Below, piece after piece: positions 1 to 9,322 of a stretch of 55,199 bases of DNA. The translations under genes were made by a program, and so were the position numbers. This DNA comes from a virus (Duplodnaviria > Caudoviricetes). The notes below the pieces were generated by a model. The model saw only the letters and a program-made list of their open reading frames with translations, did not search any database and was not told where the DNA came from. Every line of letters starts with the position of its first letter. The stretch's first letter is position 1. Location: IMG/VR virus record IMGVR_UViG_3300020445_001189, positions 1 to 55,199 of that record. One strand, written 5' to 3'.

Positions 1-1
1 C

Positions 2-835
2 AATCGTTTTATGAATGTCTTCTCCAAAGTGTTCTCCATCGATTGTTTGTTTAGTTATATCTACTTTCTTTTCACGGAGGAACCATTCCTCAACGTGATT
101 TGGTGCTACTTGGATTAAGTCAAAATTATAAAATGAATTTCGCAATTTAGGAAGAATCATTTCGTCTGGTATCCAAGTCCATTTGTTCAAACTGAATAAT
201 TTAAGTTCAGCCCCATTATTTCTGCAAAGCTCTTGCAGTACATACATCTCTTTAAACCACTCTCGTTGCGCCTTAAGAGACATAATTTCCATCCAAGTCT
301 TAACTTTCATATATGGTTCAGCTCTTAAGTCTGGAGCTCCCATCATAAACCTTGGATCAAATTTTACGTTAAAATGTAATCTTTCTTCATAGTCTTGTGG
401 ATAACATTGTAACGGAATATCAAATACATTTCTTTTTTCGTTGTGTAATCTTTTTAACCACAAGTCTATATTACCTTTTTTATGTTCTAAATGATATAGT
501 TCATCATGTGGTATTACATTTTCATAGTCGGGTGGATCTATCATACTTAATCTAAAACGATTCCAGTATGTATTTTGTACAATAACTTCATCAATGTCAT
601 CATACTTTTTAAATAAGAAACTTAACCATTCACTATATTCCCACCAACCATTTGATGAGTTAGCAAAGATAACTCCGTCTTTATCTTTATCGTTAATATA
701 GTATTCTGCCCAGTTGTTGTCATTCCACTTGCCACTAAACGGCCAGCTATTAATGTCTAATACTTTATCTTCCGGCATATCCTTTACGTGATATCCGCAA
801 GTATGACTACAACCTAGTGCGGCTACTCGTCCCAT
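2..835 (-). CDS. SGNH/GDSL-like hydrolase/acyltransferase (3' partial, runs off the window)
   Basis: Not in the ORF track. Hand translation from ATG at 835 gives MGRVAALGCSHTCG...TIDGEHFG, with a block I-like G-C-S and a block V-like DxxH. The frame is open to the window edge. Confidence 0.65.
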   Translation of the reverse strand, partial: MGRVAALGCSHTCGYHVKDMPEDKVLDINSWPFSGKWNDNNWAEYYINDKDKDGVIFANSSNGWWEYSEWLSFLFKKYDDIDEVIVQNTYWNRFRLSMIDPPDYENVIPHDELYHLEHKKGNIDLWLKRLHNEKRNVFDIPLQCYPQDYEERLHFNVKFDPRFMMGAPDLRAEPYMKVKTWMEIMSLKAQREWFKEMYVLQELCRNNGAELKLFSLNKWTWIPDEMILPKLRNSFYNFDLIQVAPNHVEEWFLREKKVDITKQTIDGEHFGEDIHKTI

Positions 836-1179
836 AATCTATAGTTTCCCTTCTCTGGTATTACGTGTCTTACACCACCTCTTGGATCTTTCATATCGCC
901 TAAACGTCTTGGTATTAAATGTATGTGCGGGTACATAACAGTTTGTCCTGCTTCTTTACCTACGTTTTGTCCTATGTTAAATGAATCACAGTAACCACGT
1001 TCTACCCAATCATATCCCCATTTGTAAGCCGCCTTGAAACATTCAGTTAAGTGTTCCCAGTCTTCTACCTTCGGTACAAAAAGAACGTGTCCATCTGTAA
1101 CCGGATACCCGTCTTTAAACACAGTAAATTGTTTTGTGTCTACAAGTATATCTTTCCAAGGTATGTCTTTAAACTCCAT
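823..1179 (-). CDS. HIT family hydrolase
   Basis: HIHLIPR histidine-triad motif, GHVLFVP, AGQTV. Confidence 0.92.
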   Translation of the reverse strand: MEFKDIPWKDILVDTKQFTVFKDGYPVTDGHVLFVPKVEDWEHLTECFKAAYKWGYDWVERGYCDSFNIGQNVGKEAGQTVMYPHIHLIPRRLGDMKDPRGGVRHVIPEKGNYRLWDE

Positions 1180-1408
1180 CGATAAACTCCGTTACATTAT
1201 TCAATAGCTTTTGTAATTTCTTTTTAGCTTCTGCTATGTTCTTTGCAGGTACCCAGGCTTGACCTATTCCTTCTTTAATTTCTAATGCTATATCATTATC
1301 TACAGTTTTAGTCATTTTAAGAACCGGTGGTGCTATAAATTTAACCTCAAGTACTTTGTCCTTTATATCAGGAAACTTTACTACATTATCTTTTATTTTA
1401 TCACTCAT
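1169..1408 (-). CDS. hypothetical protein
   Basis: 79 aa ORF overlapping both neighbours in operon fashion. Confidence 0.6.
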   Translation of the reverse strand: MSDKIKDNVVKFPDIKDKVLEVKFIAPPVLKMTKTVDNDIALEIKEGIGQAWVPAKNIAEAKKKLQKLLNNVTEFIDGV

Positions 1409-2109
1409 AATTTTGGTTTTAGTCTAATTAATTTTTTTGGTCTTAATTTCAATGCTCTAGTCATTAAGTTTATTATACCACCTTTTTTAAAGTCTGTCAA
1501 GTGTCTTTTCTTATCTAATTCGTGTATAATGTCATCTGTAAGTATACATTCTGTTAAATTAACTTTTGATGTTAATTCTGGTGTAGTAAATTTAACATAA
1601 CATAATGGATCACCACGTTTAATTTCTAACTTTTTCTTTGTATCATTAAACACAAATCCCCAACTACAACTTCTTACCCAACTATGTATATTAAAGCTAC
1701 CACCAATTACTTCTCCTGGAAACTTATCTTTGTGCATAAACGGAGGAAGTATTTCCATTAAACACGGTTCATCTGCTACAAACAAATAGTTTAAGTTAAA
1801 CTGAAACATAGGTTTGTTTATATCATACATCTCTTCAGGTTGATGTAATGTAACTATACTTTGTAATTGATGTGTACTTACTTCTGTGCTTTCTATATCA
1901 ACTCCACCCTCTTTAGGAATTGCAGTAAAAGATACAGGAGACTTTAAAAGAAATATATTATTGTAAAAGCCTTGATAAGAAGGACAATCAATTACGCCTC
2001 TTTTATTATACTCTTTATTTTTTACTTTAGGTGTTTTAAATCTTTCTGGTTCTATTACTAATAAATTTGGTATAGTCCCTGTCCAACACCATCCTATTTT
2101 AGCCGCCAT
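1405..2109 (-). CDS. DUF6065-like / dUTPase-like fold protein
   Basis: CP...F.LKSP N-terminal motif and C-terminal IKRGDPLCYVKF; resembles 32223..33020. Confidence 0.5.
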   Translation of the reverse strand: MAAKIGWCWTGTIPNLLVIEPERFKTPKVKNKEYNKRGVIDCPSYQGFYNNIFLLKSPVSFTAIPKEGGVDIESTEVSTHQLQSIVTLHQPEEMYDINKPMFQFNLNYLFVADEPCLMEILPPFMHKDKFPGEVIGGSFNIHSWVRSCSWGFVFNDTKKKLEIKRGDPLCYVKFTTPELTSKVNLTECILTDDIIHELDKKRHLTDFKKGGIINLMTRALKLRPKKLIRLKPKL

Positions 2110-2647
2110 ACTCGCCTACGTTTTCCCAAGGATAAACAAGCCAACAATCTTCTTCAGCTTTATTAACTTCATCACAACTGTAAGTTACTCCATCAAACTC
2201 ACTAGCTAAATTTTCAGTTAGTACTGCAAACTTAACATTATGTCCCCAAGTCCTTGCCCACTTCTCAGGATCGTTATGTCGTGATTCCCAATCGTTCTTA
2301 ATCCAATTAAATGTAGCACCAGTATCATTGATGTCATCTACAATTAAAATCTTTTTGCTAGTTGGACTACCTGTTGCTATTTTACCATCTAAGATACCAA
2401 ATGCATCATCAGACATCCAATCAACACTATCTCCTGCTCTACCTGATTCGTTATCACGTAGACTTACTTTAATAGCTTCACAACGTATGCCAGTCATATT
2501 ACTAATAATAGTTGCTGGAATATTGCCTCCTCTAGTAATACCTACAATGTAGTCAGGTCTCCAATAGTCAGCATACATATCGTTTACAATGCTTACACAC
2601 ATCTTTTCTACGTCCGACCAACTATAGAACTTTTTCTTAATTTTCAT
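2099..2647 (-). CDS. type I phosphoribosyltransferase (purine PRTase-like)
   Basis: IVGITRGG and PRPP-binding ILIVDDINDTGAT, VYPWE. Start placed at 2647 after an AGGAG. Confidence 0.9.
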   Translation of the reverse strand: MKIKKKFYSWSDVEKMCVSIVNDMYADYWRPDYIVGITRGGNIPATIISNMTGIRCEAIKVSLRDNESGRAGDSVDWMSDDAFGILDGKIATGSPTSKKILIVDDINDTGATFNWIKNDWESRHNDPEKWARTWGHNVKFAVLTENLASEFDGVTYSCDEVNKAEEDCWLVYPWENVGEYGG

Positions 2648-3818
2648 TATTGCTCCTAATATTAAAGTTTCCACTAATAGAATACCTATCAGTATCTGTT
2701 ATATTTTTCCCAGTATAATGAGAAACCCTGGAATCGAATACTAAAAGCATACCAGCTTTAGGCTGAATAACTTTTTCAAAGCGAGGCATATCATTTACAA
2801 AAACTGTAAAATGTAAGTCACCTTGACCATCTTTGTGTTCAGGATAATACACAAAAGAATATAAACTGTTTGTATGACTGTGAAAGGCAGTACTGCCATT
2901 CGGTTCAGTCTTATGTGTCCAGATACCCGTCAGCTCGACGTTTTGTTTTGCATACGCCATAACTGATCTCTCTACTTCCCCCATGAAGTGCATACAGGTA
3001 TCTGAACCGGGGAACTTAATGTCTTCATAGTGGGTATCTTCAGGGTTAGCGTCAATTCTTTCTTGATGTTGTGTAATGTCATTCATTAACAAATCGTTAT
3101 TAACATTAGATAGATTTGTTTCATATACATCAATACTTGCAATATTATGTTTGATATCTGTAACTGGCAAAGGTGGTACATATTCTTGATGCCATGGATA
3201 AGTCTTTTCATCACCCATAACAATTCCGCCTTCTCCTTTGCCGTGTTTTTCTTTTAAAAATTTAATAAATTTAAATGTTGGTGTAAACCTATGAGTATTT
3301 CTCAAAGGTGTTGCAGTATGTAATATGTTACTTTTCCATAGTATCATTCTGCCTGGAATAGGTGGAATAGCAATTATTTCTGGAAAGTCATCTCCTCCAT
3401 CTGTATTTGCTCCTTGTCTTAAGTTTGTAATAAACTTTGTTTCTCCACCGTCATTAATATCCCAATTATTATTTGCATAAAACATAAATGTCCAGGCTTC
3501 GTCACTTTCATCATCAACGTGATAATGAGCTGTTTCCTTAGGAGCAAATATATTTGCCGCACTTCTTTTTAAAATACAACCATGTGTTTGTGGTAAGTAT
3601 TCTTCGCAAACTTTCCATAATGCATGAAAAGTTTTTGTATTCGTGTATTCACCTGTTGCCATTCCTGTTGGCGGTAAATCTTTGTCGTCTACTTCACCAT
3701 ATAGATAAGGCCAACTTTGTACATCTTGTACAAGTTCATTAAGCTCTGGTGGGCTAAAATAATTATCTATGATAATCATATCGCCATTTAGCTTTTGTGT
3801 TATCTTAGGTGTAGTCAT
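2637..3818 (-). CDS. tandem two-domain 2OG-Fe(II) oxygenase
   Basis: Domain 1: HVD...GGET...LHTA...R. Domain 2: HSH...SFVYY...VSHY...RYSISGN. Confidence 0.82.
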   Translation of the reverse strand: MTTPKITQKLNGDMIIIDNYFSPPELNELVQDVQSWPYLYGEVDDKDLPPTGMATGEYTNTKTFHALWKVCEEYLPQTHGCILKRSAANIFAPKETAHYHVDDESDEAWTFMFYANNNWDINDGGETKFITNLRQGANTDGGDDFPEIIAIPPIPGRMILWKSNILHTATPLRNTHRFTPTFKFIKFLKEKHGKGEGGIVMGDEKTYPWHQEYVPPLPVTDIKHNIASIDVYETNLSNVNNDLLMNDITQHQERIDANPEDTHYEDIKFPGSDTCMHFMGEVERSVMAYAKQNVELTGIWTHKTEPNGSTAFHSHTNSLYSFVYYPEHKDGQGDLHFTVFVNDMPRFEKVIQPKAGMLLVFDSRVSHYTGKNITDTDRYSISGNFNIRSNNEN

Positions 3819-4287
3819 CTTGTTTCTTATCTTTCAAATAGGCTTCGTGGTGTATCCAACGAAAACCTTGGTTATATACGTGTCGCATAAATCCCCATTC
3901 TTTAGATTTCTTACCCATATAGAATAAACTCCAACACGGTATCTCTTTTCCATTTTCATCCTTTTCTAATTCTAACCAATGCAAATCATCTGCCTTTCTA
4001 AAACGTATTGTACCTGGTCCCCACCATTTTTTAGTAGATCCAACTACATAACCTTCTTGTGAACGAATTGGAATATGCTCCCAATATCCACCTTTAATAA
4101 TAAGTGTTCCCCAAGACCAAGGATGATCGTGAAGTGTTGGTTCATCACTTACTAATATTTTATGCAAAGTTATGTTAAAAGGAAACCAAGAACGGTCCTT
4201 AAGAAAGATGTAATAACGAACTAGATAAGGTATTTTACCATCTCTATCGTATATAGTTCTTTTTCTATTCTTAAAAATTGATATCAT
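3805..4287 (-). CDS. cupin-fold protein (HDHPW type)
   Basis: LHDHPW...GGYWE...H metal-binding cupin pattern; start moved to the MISIF ATG. Confidence 0.7.
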   Translation of the reverse strand: MISIFKNRKRTIYDRDGKIPYLVRYYIFLKDRSWFPFNITLHKILVSDEPTLHDHPWSWGTLIIKGGYWEHIPIRSQEGYVVGSTKKWWGPGTIRFRKADDLHWLELEKDENGKEIPCWSLFYMGKKSKEWGFMRHVYNQGFRWIHHEAYLKDKKQDDYT

Positions 4288-4726
4288 TATCGTTCTTCTT
4301 CTCCATAGCATAATCATCTTTACATAGATTATAAACTTCTAAAAATCTTAAGTATTGCAATTTTAATGCAGGATACTTTTCAATCATATCTTCAATTTTA
4401 TATTCTGATGGCCATTTGTCTGTACCATCTAAACCTGTGTCCCAAGTATCATTCATAGTATCAAATGTTACTGTACCTAAATTAGTATCAGTATAAGATA
4501 CTCCTGAAAAAGTAGGTGCAGTACCTGAACCACCTTGTACTATACCGCCAACTGTTTCTCCACCTGCATAACTATATTCTATGTCTGGTGCTTCTATACA
4601 AGGGTAAGCATGACCAGGACTATCTGGATCAGGACCACTAACCGTAACTGTTTGATTACCAACTGTAATTTTAAAGTCGTCTGATTTTAATTCGCCAGTT
4701 ATACTTTTATCATCATCAGGATTCAT
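4271..4726 (-). CDS. hypothetical protein
   Basis: 151 aa, low-complexity N-terminus, helical C-terminus (KYPALK...YNLCK). Confidence 0.6.
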   Translation of the reverse strand: MNPDDDKSITGELKSDDFKITVGNQTVTVSGPDPDSPGHAYPCIEAPDIEYSYAGGETVGGIVQGGSGTAPTFSGVSYTDTNLGTVTFDTMNDTWDTGLDGTDKWPSEYKIEDMIEKYPALKLQYLRFLEVYNLCKDDYAMEKKNDNDINF

Positions 4727-5789
4727 TACTCAATGCTCCATAAAGTTTTTCACCACTAAAGAAGTCTGCTTGAAGTTTTACAACTTGTTTTCTTAAAGCA
4801 GGAAGATATGTGTCGTAGTTTTCCATATAGTCTTTAATTTTGTTTATTAACAAAACTCTATTATGTTCATAACTACTAAAACTTTCAGTCCATTCACTTG
4901 GATACTTAAATTCATCTAACGCCATTTCTTTATAGCTTAATCTATCTGGAACCATTGGTAATGTATCTACTAAAGCACCTTCGTACCAACTAATACCTAG
5001 TGTTTCTTGTAAGTTAGCACTAAACACTAGCTTTGCTCTACCTAGTAGATTGTGATATTCAATTTTAGTTAAATCTTGTTCTTGACATACAATTAATTCG
5101 TAGTCAGGTAAATGTGTTCTTAAATCTCTAAATATATCTGGTTGTTTCTCAGGAGCAATCCTATGTGGAAATAATATAACGTTTTCCTTAGGCATATTCC
5201 TATAACTATCTAAACTATTCTTTAGATACTCCATAGGCCAACCAACACGTTGTACTTTAGTTTTATCTGTTGTAAGTCCTACGTAGTTGCCTACTTCTTT
5301 AAATGCATCTACAAATATGTTTATATGAAAGTCACTTGCAAAGAAGTTGTTATCATAACATTCAAACATAGAACGTTCTGCATTTCTAACCCAGGGTTTA
5401 TCACCTATTAGTCTGCCAAGAAAATCTTGCGGATCATAACTACCTGCGTGCCACAAACCACCAATGCGAATATTAACACCCAATAGTTCTGCCATATACC
5501 GTAGTTGAATAACTGTAGGGTTCCAGGCATCGGTGTAGAGAAAATAATCACCGTCTTTAATTTCTCCATTGCAGAACTTTTCTCCTATAATCTCTAACTG
5601 CTTACTCTTGTAAACATTAGTTCCGCCAAAGTTTAAAAAAGCACCAGGTGTAGTTGCTTGTGGAGTATCACCCCCACTTATAACTTCAACAGATTGATTA
5701 GTTGAACGTTTTAATTGCTTTGGAAGATAATCTTTCCATTGCTTTGTATAACGTGTATCAACTGCTTCAATGTCTACAATATATATCAA
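4716..5789 (-). CDS. GT-B fold glycosyltransferase (putative DNA base glycosyltransferase)
   Basis: WHAG, FPHRIAPEKQP, QETLGISWYEG (E-x7-E GT4-type motif), PDRLSY. Confidence 0.8.
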   Translation of the reverse strand: MIYIVDIEAVDTRYTKQWKDYLPKQLKRSTNQSVEVISGGDTPQATTPGAFLNFGGTNVYKSKQLEIIGEKFCNGEIKDGDYFLYTDAWNPTVIQLRYMAELLGVNIRIGGLWHAGSYDPQDFLGRLIGDKPWVRNAERSMFECYDNNFFASDFHINIFVDAFKEVGNYVGLTTDKTKVQRVGWPMEYLKNSLDSYRNMPKENVILFPHRIAPEKQPDIFRDLRTHLPDYELIVCQEQDLTKIEYHNLLGRAKLVFSANLQETLGISWYEGALVDTLPMVPDRLSYKEMALDEFKYPSEWTESFSSYEHNRVLLINKIKDYMENYDTYLPALRKQVVKLQADFFSGEKLYGALSNES

Positions 5790-6001
5790 CTATGTCTCCT
5801 TTTCTTAAGACGTGCTAACCTTTTTTCACGTCTTTCTTTTCTTGCCTTAGCCGGATCAAGAAATGCTCGATACGACTTCGAATTTTTATTATACAGATCT
5901 CTTTCATTAAATCTGTATCCTTCGAACCTACAAAAATCACGAAACTTATCTAGGTCGTCAAAAATTTGAACGACTTCAGGGGTATCAGCAAAATAAGACA
6001 T
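5786..6001 (-). CDS. hypothetical protein
   Basis: 71 aa, GGAGG RBS, basic C-terminus. Confidence 0.7.
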   Translation of the reverse strand: MSYFADTPEVVQIFDDLDKFRDFCRFEGYRFNERDLYNKNSKSYRAFLDPAKARKERREKRLARLKKRRHS

Positions 6002-6017
6002 TTAAAGTCCTCCTTCA

Positions 6018-6500
6018 TTATTTGCTATATTCGATGTGAGCACCATTCTCACCATCTTCTGAAACATCAATGTGAACTTCTCTACCTGGGTAACGTTTAG
6101 AAATAGTTTCATATAAATCGTCACTTATCATTTCACACGACTTATAATCAAGTTCTAAAGTTTTGTCATCATAGCATTTTTCCAACCATCTTTTAAATTG
6201 TATAAACTCTATATCACGATCATCGTGAAATACTTCTATAGCAACTTTAAAGTGGAAAATATGTCTATGCGGATAACCTAAAAAACTAACATCATATTCA
6301 TCACCTGTTGCTAGTTTAGGATCATCCAACGCCGCAGGGTATTTGTGTATACCTTCTTTTCTAAAAGTAACCCAAATCATTCTCTTTGCCGTCGTCATTA
6401 TTTGTCCTTCTCTTTCTTGTTTAAAATTCTTCATAATCATTTCATCAAAATAAATATGATCTTTTTCTTTTATTGTAGCATCACCTTCCATATTAATCAA
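6018..6500 (-). CDS. QueD/PTPS-like T-fold protein (DpdL-like)
   Basis: EGIH...LGYPHRHIF, i.e. LxxxHRHxF in place of the QueD CxxxHGH; SCEM and VSEDGENGA match the T-fold C-terminus. Confidence 0.75.
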   Translation of the reverse strand: MINMEGDATIKEKDHIYFDEMIMKNFKQEREGQIMTTAKRMIWVTFRKEGIHKYPAALDDPKLATGDEYDVSFLGYPHRHIFHFKVAIEVFHDDRDIEFIQFKRWLEKCYDDKTLELDYKSCEMISDDLYETISKRYPGREVHIDVSEDGENGAHIEYSK

Positions 6501-7020
6501 CCTCTTTTATTGGTGTATCTCTACCATATTCTTCCCAATTTGTAAATTGGGTCTCCAGTTTAAGATCCTTAACGTGATGGATCCAAACACCCTTATTGCT
6601 ATGTTTAAAATCGTTATCATCAATTTTAATACAAGCCTTATTATTCAATTTTTCTATATTGGGTACTTTAACACTAATCTGTGAAATAAAATTATCAAAA
6701 CGATTGTAATCAAAAGCAATTACGTGTTCATGATATTTGATATCATAGTCCAAAGTTACTAACCAACCTTCTTCCAATAATGGCATAATCATATCGTCCC
6801 AATCTTCTTTTTGATCATCATTTGTAGGATTGAAACTTTGATTAGCACCCAAATAAATGTGTTTACAATCATTCTCTCTTGCTTGGTCCATAACATCAAC
6901 TGACATTTGTGTACCTACAACAAACAATGTTCTTTCTAGATGTGCAGGAGTTTTCTCTACTTCGTTACCAACAAAGTATTCTACATTATCCTTTACACCA
7001 TTATCGTAATCACGTTTCAT
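6493..7020 (-). CDS. hypothetical protein in the modification cluster
   Basis: 175 aa alpha/beta pattern, overlapping neighbours. Confidence 0.65.
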   Translation of the reverse strand: MKRDYDNGVKDNVEYFVGNEVEKTPAHLERTLFVVGTQMSVDVMDQARENDCKHIYLGANQSFNPTNDDQKEDWDDMIMPLLEEGWLVTLDYDIKYHEHVIAFDYNRFDNFISQISVKVPNIEKLNNKACIKIDDNDFKHSNKGVWIHHVKDLKLETQFTNWEEYGRDTPIKEVD

Positions 7021-7594
7021 TTATATCTCCGTTAAAAGCAATACTAATTCTATCTCTGCTACTTCTATTTGCATTTGCATTATGCAATAAGTAACTTGGA
7101 AAGCAAACTAGCTTACCTGTCTCTGGTTTAATTCTAAATCTTGTACTATTCCATTCATTAGGTTGTTTAATATATCTATACGGAACTGCATAATCATATA
7201 ACTGATGTGGACTAAACAAAGTTAGTTCTCCACAGTTATCATCTGCCTGTGCATAGTATACACAACTTAAAACATTTCTATCATGCATATGAACTTGATT
7301 AATGTTAGTTGTTGCACCTTGTGGATAGTTAATATTAATCCATTCGTTTTTAATACTAATAGGACAATTAATATGGTAGTATTCTTTTTCTACCTTTGTC
7401 ATCATTTCTTGTACTTTAGTTTTTAATTCAGTAAAACGATCATCTTCGATACGCCAATCACTTTGCCAGCCACCTTCTTGCTCACCCCAAATTATTTCCT
7501 TTTTCATATTATAACAAGCCTCTACAATAGTTTTGTTATCTATGTCAAGATACTCTTCTACTAAAAGAGTTGGAAATAACGAAGTTGTTTGCAT
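7010..7594 (-). CDS. 2OG-Fe(II) oxygenase (TIGR02466-like)
   Basis: LFPT, WININ, HMH, LSCVYY, FPSYLLH, RISIAFN. Confidence 0.9.
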   Translation of the reverse strand: MQTTSLFPTLLVEEYLDIDNKTIVEACYNMKKEIIWGEQEGGWQSDWRIEDDRFTELKTKVQEMMTKVEKEYYHINCPISIKNEWININYPQGATTNINQVHMHDRNVLSCVYYAQADDNCGELTLFSPHQLYDYAVPYRYIKQPNEWNSTRFRIKPETGKLVCFPSYLLHNANANRSSRDRISIAFNGDINET

Positions 7595-7788
7595 TACATT
7601 CTCGCTAACTTATCTTTGATTGCTAATTTAATTTTCTTTATTCTTTGTAATACTTCTTTACTTTCCCATGATCTATTTGTTTTACGTTCTTCAGTCATTT
7701 CAGAAGTTTTACTATCGTACCACTTGTGATCATATTCAAGTTTCTTTTTAGCTCTACTTGGTTTCTTTATTTTTTTAGCTTTGTTCAT
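7594..7788 (-). CDS. small basic coiled-coil protein
   Basis: 64 aa, GGAGG RBS, C-terminal KKIKLAIKDKL. Confidence 0.6.
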   Translation of the reverse strand: MNKAKKIKKPSRAKKKLEYDHKWYDSKTSEMTEERKTNRSWESKEVLQRIKKIKLAIKDKLARM

Positions 7789-9313
7789 TTTCTAAATCCT
7801 CCAACTTACTGTCATCTAAATCCTCAACTTCAGTTTCTTCAGCAACAGGAACACTATCAGCATCATCAAATAAATTATTAAATTGTGTTTGTGCATTAAC
7901 AATTCTTTTACCTGTGTTACCTCTTGTTCCAATGATAGTATCCCAGAATCTTGAAAACTCTGCAATAATCATATTTGCTTTATCTCTATCATCTGTTGCA
8001 AAAATGGCATCAATTACATCTCTAAAATATAACCTGTCAAATTTTTCTTGTACTAACATATTAGGATAAACACCTGCGTCATATTGTCTATTAGCTTCTT
8101 GTACTGCATTAATATGACTCCATACGTTATGTGCCATCTGTATAGCATAACTAAAGCTATCCCAACTTGTTTTACCTTCTTTACCTATTTTATTTAGGTC
8201 TCCTGGAGCATATATGCATATATCTTTTACTGTTAATCCTTTACTTACAGGACTATCTGTAAAGTTTTTAAATATACCATCTGCTAATACTCCATCTCTA
8301 AAGTTACGTGTATCTTGTGCATACTTCTTATCGTCTATGCTAGGTACCATTCGATACACCCATTTAGTTCTATCTACTGTTTCTGTTTGAATATAAAGTT
8401 GTCCATTAGCAGTTGCTAAAAACGGACTTGCACAATCAAATGTTACAGTAAAGTTTGGATTGTGATACTTACGAACTGCTCTTTGAATGTCAGTTAATAG
8501 TACTGCCCACTCTAGTTTACTTGTTCCTAAGAAGTGCATAAAGTCATGCAATCCTTTTTCTAACAATCCATCAAAACGTAGTGCAACTAATCTTTTCAAT
8601 ATTAAGTGAATGTCGCACATATTCTGGCCACCCATTGACCAACCATTAAAGTGATCTGTATATTTCTTAGGATCACAATAGTCTTTCATTTGCTGATACC
8701 AATCTTCTGCGTCAGCATGGTTTTCACCTTGTAATACATTTAAGAATTTACAATTACCATTTCTATTTTTCATAAAGTAATCGTTATTAATTCTTGTAGC
8801 ATTTACGGCATCCTGGTAATTGTCAATACCCGTTGCTTTTGCACCAGCAGGGGATCTTGCCACCCAGGCAGGAATATCAAGTATCATTCCATAGTCCATA
8901 TAAGCATCCATCCACGTAAGGACTTGTTCACGTTTCTTTTTAGCTTTAGGACAATTAGGATCTTTCCAATCACCTTCCCATACACCCTTACCAATCTGGA
9001 AACCACCTGAGTCTCCTAGTAACCAAGAATTGTTACGATCCCTATTACGAACCATATCTTCTTTGGGTGCATTTTTATTAACGTCTAACTCGGCGTGTCC
9101 TGCCGAATATAGACTCCAGTGATAGTTGAACATACTAGCTTTAGGTTCAAGCCAGTTTAAACTTTCTACTTCTGTTGGAAAGTTCTTAGGTATTCTACTT
9201 TTTTCAACATATTCCTCATACCTTTGTTTACCTACAAACGTAGCGAAGAATCCACTAATGGCAGGGAGAAATACTGCATAGTCTTTTTGTGCATTAGTTA
9301 GATCTGTATTCAC
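7775..9313 (-). CDS. tRNA-guanine transglycosylase-like protein (DpdA-like DNA 7-deazaguanine transglycosylase)
   Basis: TGT motifs in order: DSGGFQ, LDIP, VLQG, MGG, HFLG, FDCASP, HN. No CxCxxC zinc site. GTG start with GGAG RBS. Confidence 0.82.
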   Translation of the reverse strand: MNTDLTNAQKDYAVFLPAISGFFATFVGKQRYEEYVEKSRIPKNFPTEVESLNWLEPKASMFNYHWSLYSAGHAELDVNKNAPKEDMVRNRDRNNSWLLGDSGGFQIGKGVWEGDWKDPNCPKAKKKREQVLTWMDAYMDYGMILDIPAWVARSPAGAKATGIDNYQDAVNATRINNDYFMKNRNGNCKFLNVLQGENHADAEDWYQQMKDYCDPKKYTDHFNGWSMGGQNMCDIHLILKRLVALRFDGLLEKGLHDFMHFLGTSKLEWAVLLTDIQRAVRKYHNPNFTVTFDCASPFLATANGQLYIQTETVDRTKWVYRMVPSIDDKKYAQDTRNFRDGVLADGIFKNFTDSPVSKGLTVKDICIYAPGDLNKIGKEGKTSWDSFSYAIQMAHNVWSHINAVQEANRQYDAGVYPNMLVQEKFDRLYFRDVIDAIFATDDRDKANMIIAEFSRFWDTIIGTRGNTGKRIVNAQTQFNNLFDDADSVPVAEETEVEDLDDSKLEDLENEQS

Positions 9314-9322
9314 TCGCCTCTC

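Noticed and set aside
7775-9313. Calling the TGT-fold gene a canonical tRNA tgt
   Set aside because: It lacks the CxCxxC zinc motif, has large insertions, and sits with the clamp and a DpdL-like gene. No gene symbol was assigned.
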